From Candidatus Versatilivoraceae bacterium (GTDB lineage: Bacteria; Acidobacteriota; Terriglobia; Versatilivoradales; Versatilivoraceae): DNA of 64,000 nt. Location: contig OZ240232.1 in the NCBI GenBank assembly GCA_965197895.1, positions 714,318 through 778,317 of the forward strand, in the 5' to 3' direction. The notes under the pieces were generated by a model. The model was not told the origin of the DNA, made no database searches, and saw only the letters and a list, made by a program, of their open reading frames with translations. Shown here in pieces: positions 1-8,452 of the stretch (positions are counted from its first letter, which is position 1; each line of letters begins with the position of its first letter). Both the position numbers and the translations under genes were made by a program.

Positions 1-390
1 AGGCAGACAGGGACGTGCCAGCGCCAGGGGGTGGCGGTGTAGACCAGATCCAGATCCTCCTCGGCACAGAGACGTTCGAAATCACGTTCGCCACGGCTAT
101 AGAGCCTGGGCGCGGGTTGGCCGGCCTTCCGGATGATGGCGCCGGCTCGCTCGGCGTGGGCCACTCGGGTATCGCAAACAGCCGTGACCGCCGCGCCTTC
201 GATTCGCACCAGGTTTCTGATATGGCCTGTGCCCATGCCGCCCACACCGACGAAACCGATGCGGACCGGATTCGTGGACTTATGGCTGGCTCTGGCCGTT
301 TTGCCGACAGCCAGGTTCAATCCGGCGACGGCGCCGGATTTCACGAAGTCTCGACGACCGATGAAAGCACTCGTTGAGGGGGTTTCCATG
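1..390 (-). CDS. Gfo/Idh/MocA-family oxidoreductase, N-terminal part (gene runs off window start); TAT signal
   Basis: Minus-strand translation from ATG at 390: METPSTSAFIGRRDFVKSGAVAGLNLAV... (twin-arginine motif) followed by IGFVGVGGMGTGHIRNL Rossmann motif typical of Gfo/Idh/MocA. The +strand ORF 15..377 in the track is its shadow. Confidence 0.6.
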
Positions 391-803
391 CTCATGCCCT
401 TTCCTTTCACGTCATGCCCGTCAATATTCGGGTCTCTACTTAGCCATGGGGTGTAGCGACTTGCAGATCGATTATATGCCAGGCTGTGAGCCTTCGCTGA
501 GCGGCTGATTGCCTTTGAAAGCCGACCGTAGGGGCTTGGCTGCGAAATTGGACCTGAGCCTACCGCTTCGCTCACGCTGGCTTTGTTAACCACTCTTTTT
601 GTTTCAGGGCTTTACTCCAATCAGGTCCTCGTGGTATTCAACATGATATTCAATGGGAATGGTCAGGGAAAAGGCTTAGCGGTTCTCCAATCTTAAGCGA
701 AGAGCGGCGTCCGTTGGGGACTCACTCGACGAGGACAGGGATCCGTTGGCCACTGAAGGCGGCTGGCCGCTCCTATCGGCCCAAGCAACCACAGGAGGAC
801 AAA

Positions 804-1931
804 ATGAGAAACTACTGGGTGCTGATTCTGCTGTTCATCTGCGCAGTTTCACAAGCGTGCGCGCCCCAAGAAAAGATCACGCAGGTGGATGTGTTTACCT
901 CGGGACAGGATGGCTACCACACCTTCCGCATCCCGGCCATTGAGACGGCTCCCGACGGCTCTCTCGTGGTGTTTGCCGAAGCTCGCAAATACAACCGGCA
1001 CGATCCCGGCATGCATGGCAACGACATCGATCTGGTCTACAAACGGAGCACCGACCAGGGTAGGACCTGGTCGAAAATGGTGGTGCTCGATGACGCGGGG
1101 GAGCGCTGGAGTTCCTGTAACCCGGTCACACTGCTCGATGGCGGCACCGGGTGGGTATGGGTGTTTTACAACAGGACCAAGCCGGATCGGAGCAGCACGA
1201 CTTCCCGGGTCGGGACGGACGACTCCCAAGCCTGGACGCGTTACAGCCAGGACAACGGCCTCAACTGGTCGGAGCCCTTGGACATCACGGCAACGGTCCG
1301 TGACGTCGAGAACTGGGGCAGCGTTTTCTTTGGTCCGGGCGGCGCAATTCAGTCCGGCAAGGGGCGCCTGATCGTTCCGGTTTCTCAGACGACCGGGAAA
1401 ACCGAGGCTGAAGGCCAGCCCACTCCCAGCTTTTGGACGGCCTTCGCCATCTACAGCGACGATCACGGTAAGACGTGGAAACGCGGTCAGTTGGCGTCCC
1501 CCTCGACCAGCGAGAATCAACTGGTTGAACTTGCCGACGGAACCATCCTGATGGACGCTCGCCAGGATGAAGGCCCGACCCGATGGCTACTCCTCAGCAG
1601 TGATAGTGGAGAGACCTGGTCTCCTCCCAGAACCGGACAAGTCGTGCCACCCATTGCCTCGGGGATCGAGCGTTACTCACTGAAGTCGGCAGGTGCCGAC
1701 CGCAACCTGATTCTTTGGGCCGGCCCCAAGGGTCCCGGACGCCAGACGCTGGTCCTGCGTGCCAGCTACGACGAAGGGGAGACCTTCACCAACGAGAAAG
1801 TCATCTCGGATGAAAAGGTCGCCTATTCGGACATGACCCTCCTTAAGGACAAAAGCATCGGAGTCATCTGGGAGCGCGGCGGCTATGCCCACATCACCCT
1901 CTCGCGCTTCGACCTCGGGTTTCTGGAGTAA
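804..1931 (+). CDS. exo-alpha-sialidase (GH33), secreted
   Basis: Signal peptide MRNYWVLILLFICAVSQA with AGGAGG RBS 7 nt upstream of ATG 804. FRIP motif (YHTFRIPAI) and four Asp-box SxDxGxTW repeats (STDQGRTWS, SQDNGLNWS, SDDHGKTWK, SSDSGETWS). Confidence 0.85.
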   Translation: MRNYWVLILLFICAVSQACAPQEKITQVDVFTSGQDGYHTFRIPAIETAPDGSLVVFAEARKYNRHDPGMHGNDIDLVYKRSTDQGRTWSKMVVLDDAGERWSSCNPVTLLDGGTGWVWVFYNRTKPDRSSTTSRVGTDDSQAWTRYSQDNGLNWSEPLDITATVRDVENWGSVFFGPGGAIQSGKGRLIVPVSQTTGKTEAEGQPTPSFWTAFAIYSDDHGKTWKRGQLASPSTSENQLVELADGTILMDARQDEGPTRWLLLSSDSGETWSPPRTGQVVPPIASGIERYSLKSAGADRNLILWAGPKGPGRQTLVLRASYDEGETFTNEKVISDEKVAYSDMTLLKDKSIGVIWERGGYAHITLSRFDLGFLE

Positions 1932-2400
1932 GGGTCTCGAGCCTTGACGGCACTCCTCAGGGGAGTAGGGTGGTAGAAGGGTTATCCATGAAGGTCACGA
2001 AGGCACACGAAGGGTTATGGTGATCTTGCCCGCGTATCGGCGAAGCAGGCAAACTATCTCTGAGTGTCCCTTCGTGTCCTTGGTGGATCATTTCACAAAC
2101 CGCCGCCATTCCAACTTGCCGCCGCTGCCAAAGTGGATAAGGATACCCACTTTGTGGAAGAGAATGGGGCTCTGCTGGTGGGTTCAGACACCTCCGGTCC
2201 GGACTGACCCGGCACGCCCCTGAACATCGTGTGGATGCCCGCCAATGCCTCCCGCCCCTGTTTAGGTGGTGGATTTTGGGGCTCTTGGGGTCCTTGCCCC
2301 CAGCCGGTCTACAGGTTAGAATTCGCACATTCGGTTGAGTTGGTTTGGAAAGAGGCTGAGGTCAAAGAAGTCGAATCCCAAGTCGGGAATTGAGGGTCCT

Positions 2401-4683
2401 ATGCGTCGAAAGGTCATGCTCGCTGCAATGCTGTTGGTGATGGTTTGTGCCGCAACCTTCACCGCCGGGGAAAACGGCACCAATACGGGAAACGGGTTTC
2501 GAGACTCCTATGCGACTCTCAAACGGGCCCTTTGGACCACCTCCCGAGTCAAGGGATCGCCCGATCCCCCCAACCCTTTTCGGACCGAAGTGGCCTTTCC
2601 TCACTTGAAGTTCGAGCAACCACTGGAACTCACCACTGCTCCCGGAACTCGGCGATTGTTCGTGGTGGAACGTTTCGGGAAGATTTTTTCTTTTGCCGAG
2701 GATCCGGAAATTTCTGAGGCGGACTTGCTGATCGACCTTAAGAAGACCACCTATGGTTTGGCCTTCCACCCCCAGTTTCAGAAGAACGGCTACTTCTACG
2801 TCACCTACGTACTGGACCCCAACCAGGTCGACCCCAAGGGTACCCGCCTTTCGCGGTTTCAGGTCCAACCGGATAACCCCCTACGGGGCGATCCCGGTTC
2901 TGAAAAGATCCTTCTGGAATGGCTTTCCGGAGGTCACAACGGGGGTTGCCTCCGATTTGGCCCGGACGGTTACCTTTACATTGCCACGGGGGACGGCAGC
3001 GGTATTGCTGACGGGCATGACACCGGCCAGGACGTGTCTGACCTGCTGGCCTCCATTTTAAGGATCGATGTTGATCACCCCGATCCAGGCAAGAACTATG
3101 GGATTCCGACGGACAATCCTTTTGTGAACCGGAAGGAGGCACGCCCGGAGATCTGGGCTTATGGCTTGCGTCAGGTCTGGAAGATGAATTTCGACCGCAA
3201 GACCGGGCATCTCTGGGCCGGCGAAGTGGGCCAGGACCTCTGGGAAATGATCAACTTGATCCGGCCGGGAGGGAACTACGGTTGGAGTGTCCAGGAAGGA
3301 ACCCACCCCTTCCGACCGGAACGCAAGTTGGGTCCGACGCCCATTCTGGAGCCCATCGTCGAGCATGCGCACTCCGACTTTCGCTCCATTACCGGAGGCT
3401 TCGTCTACCGTGGAAAACGTCTGGCTGAAATCGAGGACACCTACGTCTACGGCGACTATGACACCGGACGCGTCTGGGGATTCCGCTATGACGGAAACCA
3501 GGTCAGTTTGCATCGCGAATTGGCAGATACCTCCCTCCGCATCGTTGATTTCGGACAATCGCACGACAGAGAATTGTATCTGCTGGATTTCATCGGCGGC
3601 CAGGTTCATCGGCTGGTCCCCTCTGCAACCGTGCATCACCCCAACCTCTTCCCCCGCCGGCTGAGCCAGGCGGGACTCTTTGCCTCGGTTCGGGATCACA
3701 AGCCCGCCCGAGGGCTTATTCCGTATTCCGTCAACTCGGAATTGTGGTCCGACGGAGCCGTGAAAGAGCGCTGGATCGCCTTACCCGGGGAGTCACAGAT
3801 TGCATTTAACACGGTGGAGTACCCACAGCCCGCCCCCGGCGCCCCTCGGGGTTGGCGTTTTCCTGACGGGACGGTGATCGTCAAAACGTTTTCCTTGGAA
3901 CTGGAGGCAGGGAACCCCTCCAGCCGCCACCGAGTCGAAACCCGCTTGCTCCACCAGGAATCCTTGGGTGGAACCGAAGAAGTGGGGGACCAGTACTGGA
4001 AGGGCTACTCCTACGTCTGGAATGAGGACCAGACCGACGCCGTCCTGGTCGAGTCGGAGGGTCTGGATCGCACCTATACCATTGCCGATCCGGAGGCTCC
4101 CAACGGGCAACGCGAGCAGGTCTGGCACTTCCCCAGTCGTGCCGAATGCACTCTTTGCCACACCGTGCCCGCCAAATATGTGCTGGGCTTGCAAACCTTG
4201 CAAATGAACAAGGAGCACGACTACGGGTGGGTAGTGGCTAATCAGTTGGAGGTGCTCCATCGGTTGGGGGTGTTCAGCAAACCTCTGCCCGCTCCGCCGG
4301 GCGAGTTTCCCAGGATCTACAATCACCTCGACCGTAGTCGTCCTCTAAATGATCGGGCCCGAGCTTACCTGCACTCCAACTGTGCCCATTGCCACCAAAA
4401 GTGGGGAGGTGGCAACGCTGATTTTCAGTTGCTGGCAACTCTTCCCCTGGAAGAGACCCAAACACTCCACGTTCCGCCCGCCCACGGCGATTTCGGCATC
4501 GCCAGGGGCCGGTTGCTGGCGCCAGGAGATCCAGAGCGGTCGTTGATCCTCTACCGCATGACCAAGCTGGGCTTGGGCCGCATGCCCCATATTGCCTCCA
4601 ACCTTGTCGACCAGCAGGCGGTGAAGCTGATTCAAGAGTGGATCTCGAGCTTGCCGGCTGAAGTCGCCGCCAAGAGACCCTGA
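2401..4683 (+). CDS. PQQ-dependent sugar dehydrogenase (GSDH/sorbosone DH beta-propeller) fused to C-terminal c-type cytochrome region
   Basis: Signal peptide MRRKVMLAAMLLVMVCAATFTA. Propeller motifs GGHNGGCLRFGPDGYLYIATGDGSG. Two CxxCH haem motifs (CTLCH, CAHCH) in the C-terminal ~200 aa, the arrangement seen in planctomycete-type haem-binding domains. Confidence 0.6.
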   Translation: MRRKVMLAAMLLVMVCAATFTAGENGTNTGNGFRDSYATLKRALWTTSRVKGSPDPPNPFRTEVAFPHLKFEQPLELTTAPGTRRLFVVERFGKIFSFAEDPEISEADLLIDLKKTTYGLAFHPQFQKNGYFYVTYVLDPNQVDPKGTRLSRFQVQPDNPLRGDPGSEKILLEWLSGGHNGGCLRFGPDGYLYIATGDGSGIADGHDTGQDVSDLLASILRIDVDHPDPGKNYGIPTDNPFVNRKEARPEIWAYGLRQVWKMNFDRKTGHLWAGEVGQDLWEMINLIRPGGNYGWSVQEGTHPFRPERKLGPTPILEPIVEHAHSDFRSITGGFVYRGKRLAEIEDTYVYGDYDTGRVWGFRYDGNQVSLHRELADTSLRIVDFGQSHDRELYLLDFIGGQVHRLVPSATVHHPNLFPRRLSQAGLFASVRDHKPARGLIPYSVNSELWSDGAVKERWIALPGESQIAFNTVEYPQPAPGAPRGWRFPDGTVIVKTFSLELEAGNPSSRHRVETRLLHQESLGGTEEVGDQYWKGYSYVWNEDQTDAVLVESEGLDRTYTIADPEAPNGQREQVWHFPSRAECTLCHTVPAKYVLGLQTLQMNKEHDYGWVVANQLEVLHRLGVFSKPLPAPPGEFPRIYNHLDRSRPLNDRARAYLHSNCAHCHQKWGGGNADFQLLATLPLEETQTLHVPPAHGDFGIARGRLLAPGDPERSLILYRMTKLGLGRMPHIASNLVDQQAVKLIQEWISSLPAEVAAKRP

Positions 4684-4716
4684 CTTTTGAATTGAAGCCG
4701 GCCCCCGTCCCTCCAA

Positions 4717-5106
4717 ATGAGGCCATCCCCCAAGTATCTCCGTCCGGCAAACCTGGCCATGGCACTGCTGTTTCTTTTTTGCATGGCCCTACAGGTCAAT
4801 GATCCCGATCCCCTGCACTGGATTGGTCTCTATGGTCTGGCTGGATTGAGTTGTTGCCTGAGCTACCTCGGTCGTTTGCCTCGACCCCTCCCTCTGGCGC
4901 TCGGCTTCTTGTCCTCTGCCTGGGCCGGGCTGATCTCTGTCCGGGTGTTCGGCAAGGGGCCGGCCTCCGACCTCTTTGGTTCTTTTGGGATGGTGAACCT
5001 GGCAGTTGAGGAAGCTCGGGAGATGATTGGACTGATTCTTATCGGATTGTGGATGGTCGTTTTGATCCTCTTCCCCAGTCGGACCGGCTCAACCCCTTCG
5101 GACTAA
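4717..5106 (+). CDS. small hydrophobic membrane protein, unknown function
   Basis: 129-aa ORF with 3-4 predicted TM helices; no recognisable family; weak RBS. Confidence 0.35.
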   Translation: MRPSPKYLRPANLAMALLFLFCMALQVNDPDPLHWIGLYGLAGLSCCLSYLGRLPRPLPLALGFLSSAWAGLISVRVFGKGPASDLFGSFGMVNLAVEEAREMIGLILIGLWMVVLILFPSRTGSTPSD

Positions 5107-5650
5107 GTGCGTGCCGGGTGTCTGCCTCAACGGCGGGTCGACGCGCGACTCTTGACAGTCCTTTGCCACTGGCGGATGCTGCGGATGCCCTGAGAGCATC
5201 TCCAATCGCTGTTCCCCTTTCCATGCGACAGCTCGCCGCGGCCGCCACGCGGCTGGCAGTCGATCTCGACCATCCCCTTTACGACTGCTTCTATCTCGCG
5301 CAGTGTGGAAGCCTTGCGCTGGGCCTTGGCAGAGCGGTGAGGCGGGAATGGTTTGAAGTGCTCGAGGTGAGCCAAGGGCCTGTCAGAAGGTTGGTGTCGG
5401 TGGCCAGGAACTCGAAATTGGCAGTCGCCGCGGAACGTTGCCGAAGATCCGAGCAACGTTAGCTTCCCAACCGGAAAGGATTTTTGAGGTAGGCTCTCGA
5501 GAAGGTCGCCCGGAAGTCAGGGGTCAGGAACTCAGCCATCGCCGAGCCCAACGATTCTCTTGATTCGAGAACATCCCCCAACTCACCGTGCGTCCTTGCA
5601 AGATATCCAGTTGGATGATCGGTCAAGGACCGCTCATCCAACTGTCGTCT

Positions 5651-5977
5651 TCAGCCCTTGAGCCGGTTGACCGTCCTCACTGCGAGTACGGTGACAACAC
5701 CGGAATACAGAGCGGTACTGATGTGACCGACGATAGCGTCCAGTTGACCGCCAATCAACGGGATGGCGTTCAGCACGTCCGCACCGGCGGAAGCGCCGAC
5801 CGCAACGGCAACAACCAGGTAGGCTGTCGCATCCTCAGCGTTGACGGCCACGGCAGCATAGACCAAGCCCGCAATGACCAGCAGGATGCCAATTGCGCCT
5901 GCATCCTGGATGCCGGGGGCAAAGGCCTTCACAATTGCCAGGATTGCCACCACCGCGACGATGATTCTAGTTAACAT
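5651..5977 (-). CDS. small Gly/Ala-rich membrane protein, unknown function
   Basis: 108-aa ORF, strongly hydrophobic (MLTRIIVAVVAILAIV...). Strong RBS GAGGGGAGAAG just upstream of ATG on minus strand. Confidence 0.5.
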   Translation of the reverse strand: MLTRIIVAVVAILAIVKAFAPGIQDAGAIGILLVIAGLVYAAVAVNAEDATAYLVVAVAVGASAGADVLNAIPLIGGQLDAIVGHISTALYSGVVTVLAVRTVNRLKG

Positions 5978-6648
5978 TTTCTTCTCCCCTCATTACTAGT
6001 GTATGTCACCGCACATCATCGACCTCCCGCAATGGACACCACGGCCATCAAGGGCCATCAAGGGGACGTTGCGCGGTGTGAGTGGGAGATATATATCAAG
6101 GCTGAAGAGTTTTGAATAGAAAAAAATTAAAGAAAGTTGCCGCTCGGAGCGCTCCTTCAAGAAATTTTCGTTGCTGCGCCATTGAATTAGGGAAAACCTT
6201 GCCAGGTTTTCCGACGGTGCCCGACGAAAGGAAAGACTTCAAAGCCCGCCAAGTGAGCCTGGAAGTCCCGGAAACGATGTGCCCCGTGGCGCTTCCCGGC
6301 ATGGAGAGCCGAGCCAATGTGGCCGATGCAAGCGACCGTCGAGAGAGAGTTGGTCGGACGCAGATGGCAAGTGGCCACCGCCACTCTCCGGGGGCTTTTG
6401 GGATTGAAGCACAGGGGAAGAAAACGTCCTGGTTTTTCTGGTTCTGACTCTCACGGGTCTGTTGTTTCTCTGCGTCAACCTGCGGTGCACTGGGTGCCGC
6501 CGCTTCGCGGCTGGGAGGAGAGATCGGTCCGTTAACCATGGGCTGACGCCCACGGCACCGTAATATCGCCGCTTCGCGGCTGGAAGAGATATAGCTCCTC
6601 ACTGAAGGAAAGAGACACCTGGGTTGCGGAGGAATGGGCAGAGTTTTC

Positions 6649-6675
6649 TTGACATCAAGTGACTGGTCATATAGC
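6649..6675 (+). promoter_or_regulatory. candidate sigma70-type promoter of phd-vapC operon, overlapping palindrome TGACtgGTCA (putative operator)
   Basis: TTGACA (6649-6654) then TATAGC/CATATA about 15-17 nt downstream. ATG of the antitoxin follows within ~10 nt (leaderless-like). Palindrome TGACTGGTCA lies in the spacer. Confidence 0.35.
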
Positions 6676-6683
6676 CTAGTCCT

Positions 6684-6923
6684 ATGGAAACCGTCAACGC
6701 CTCCGACTTCAAAGCCCGCTGCTTGGCGATTCTTGATCGCGTACAGGCGACCGGTGAACCTGTGGTCATCCTGAAGCGGGGTCGACCCGTGGCAGAGCTG
6801 CTTCCCGCAAGCCAAGGCCGAGCCAAGTATCCTCAGTTGGAACTGGCGGGAACGGTCAGCGTGGTCGGTGACATCGTTGGTCCGGTGGTCCCTGAAGAGG
6901 AATGGGAAAGCCTCCGCCCATGA
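6684..6923 (+). CDS. Phd/YefM-family antitoxin
   Basis: 79 aa, METVNASDFKARCLAILDRVQATGEPVVILKRGRPVAELLP; classic Phd/YefM N-terminus. Stop overlaps the next gene's start (ATGA). Confidence 0.8.
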   Translation: METVNASDFKARCLAILDRVQATGEPVVILKRGRPVAELLPASQGRAKYPQLELAGTVSVVGDIVGPVVPEEEWESLRP

Positions 6924-7318
6924 GCTTGCTGCTCGATACGCACGTGCTGCTCTGGTGGCTCAGCGATCCTGACCGACTCTCTCCCGCCCAGCGGGACGCC
7001 GTCGCGCGGGTCCATGCCGAATCACCGTTACTGGTGTCGGACATTTCACTCTGGGAAGTGGCGATGTTGCATAACCTGGGCCGGATCCGCCTGACGATTC
7101 CTCTGCGAGAGTGGCTGGGCAAAGCGGCGGCGCCCCCGTTGGTCCGGAGGCACGGTATCTCTCCGGCAATTGCGGCGGAAGTGGTCGCGCTGCCCGATTC
7201 CTTCCACCGGGACCCGGCCGACCGAATTTTGGTGGCGACCGCCCGGGTCCTGGGCGCGACGTTGTTGACCCAGGATCGCAGAATCGTCGAAGCGGCGGTA
7301 GTCGACACCTTGAGTTGA
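6920..7318 (+). CDS. vapC: VapC PIN-domain toxin (type II TA)
   Basis: MSLLLDTHVLLWW...DPADRILVATA...TLLTQD: PIN catalytic acidic residues in conserved positions. ATGA overlap with the upstream antitoxin. Confidence 0.8.
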   Translation: MSLLLDTHVLLWWLSDPDRLSPAQRDAVARVHAESPLLVSDISLWEVAMLHNLGRIRLTIPLREWLGKAAAPPLVRRHGISPAIAAEVVALPDSFHRDPADRILVATARVLGATLLTQDRRIVEAAVVDTLS

Positions 7319-7477
7319 TCAGGCGTCCTTCAGCCGTCGGCCGGTGTGGGGGATTGGATCCCTGGCCTTCTTCTCTGTGGCCATTGACGATCTCCCCATC
7401 CTGAGTGACACCCCTCGAGATCCGTCCCAGGCAAAGTCACGGGATCAACGGTGCCACGATTTCGATCAGCCACTCTC

Positions 7478-8368
7478 TCAATCTTGGGTGACAGGTCTCA
7501 GCAGTTCCTGATAAAGATCGGGACGACGCTTGCGAAGGGTAAAGTTGGTATGGGCGCGTGCCTTGGCGAACGATTCTGCCGTCAAGTCGGCCACAGCCAT
7601 GTCCGGCTGGATCTTTTTGGTTTGGGAATCCGCCAGCAGGGAGCCATCCGGGGCATAGATGAGCGTTCCTCCGGCATGGTAGGGCTGACGACGATACCTG
7701 GGACGATAAAACTCCACCGTTCCCGCTACGCCGGCCTGATTGGTGATCACGGCAAAGACACCGTTTTCCATGGCACGGAAGCGGTAAATGCTGAGTTGGT
7801 CTTTAGCCTTGCGAGCGACCGCCTCCTCCGTTTCCCTATTCCAGGGGCCGCTGCGCCCGGCACTGGGCATCAAGAAGACTTCGGCACCTTTAAGGGCCAG
7901 GATGCGGGCGACCTCGGGGTAGATGGCATCGTAGCAGACGATGATTCCGACTTTACATTTTCCGACGTCATGCACGGGCATGGAGCTGCCCCCCACATAC
8001 ATCAGGCCTTCGTCTTCGGACATGTGGACCTTGCGAGATTTTCCCAGGTAACCATCGGGTCCGACCAGCACCTGGCAGTTGAAGACCAGATCCCTTTCTT
8101 TTTCCGACATTCCCACCGATAACACCATCTTGAAATCTCGAGCGATCTTTTCCAGGCGTCGGAGGCTGGGTCCTCCCGGAACGGACTCCGCCGCCGACCA
8201 GCACTCCTCCGCCATCCAGTGGCCGTGGATTGCCAGTTCAGGGAACAGGGCCAGCTCCACGCCTCGGTCGGCAGCTCTTTTTGTCCAGCGTTTGATTTCC
8301 TCGAGATTCCGCTCGGCCTGCCCGAGCCGGCCATTCATCTGGATCCCAGCCACTCTGATGGTTTGCAA
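7478..8368 (-). CDS. carbon-nitrogen hydrolase (nitrilase superfamily)
   Basis: 296 aa. MQTIRVAGIQMNG...LALFPELAIHGH...CYDAIYPEV: E-K-C catalytic-triad context of the nitrilase/CN-hydrolase fold. Paralog of 44507..45409. Confidence 0.8.
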   Translation of the reverse strand: MQTIRVAGIQMNGRLGQAERNLEEIKRWTKRAADRGVELALFPELAIHGHWMAEECWSAAESVPGGPSLRRLEKIARDFKMVLSVGMSEKERDLVFNCQVLVGPDGYLGKSRKVHMSEDEGLMYVGGSSMPVHDVGKCKVGIIVCYDAIYPEVARILALKGAEVFLMPSAGRSGPWNRETEEAVARKAKDQLSIYRFRAMENGVFAVITNQAGVAGTVEFYRPRYRRQPYHAGGTLIYAPDGSLLADSQTKKIQPDMAVADLTAESFAKARAHTNFTLRKRRPDLYQELLRPVTQD

Positions 8369-8452
8369 GTGGTCCTTCCTCCTTGTCTCAGTTGGAGCCT
8401 CCCAAGCCGTGGGGCGACTTTCCGGGGCCGGGGACCGCCGCAGGTCCGCTCC

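Noticed and set aside
15-377. +strand ORF (120 aa) at the window start
   Set aside because: Shadow of the minus-strand Gfo/Idh/MocA gene whose translation gives a clean TAT signal and Rossmann motif; the +strand product has no family features.
849-1520. Many long antisense ORFs from the track (e.g. 849..1520-, 8852..10693+, 11066..11836+, 26091..27179-, 26168..27754-, 23405..24202-)
   Set aside because: They lie opposite confidently identified genes and show Pro/Arg/Gly-rich high-GC bias with no motifs; typical shadow ORFs.
5049-5462. Possible intact VapC gene
   Set aside because: Only ~25 residues resemble the PIN C-terminal helix; no N-terminal acidic catalytic residues or start context, so at most a decayed remnant (noted in findings, not called as a CDS).
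6096-6815. 239-aa minus-strand ORF and 6112..6447 + ORF in the A+T-rich patch upstream of the TA locus
   Set aside because: No motifs, overlaps predicted promoter or operator repeats and the antitoxin gene; likely non-coding.
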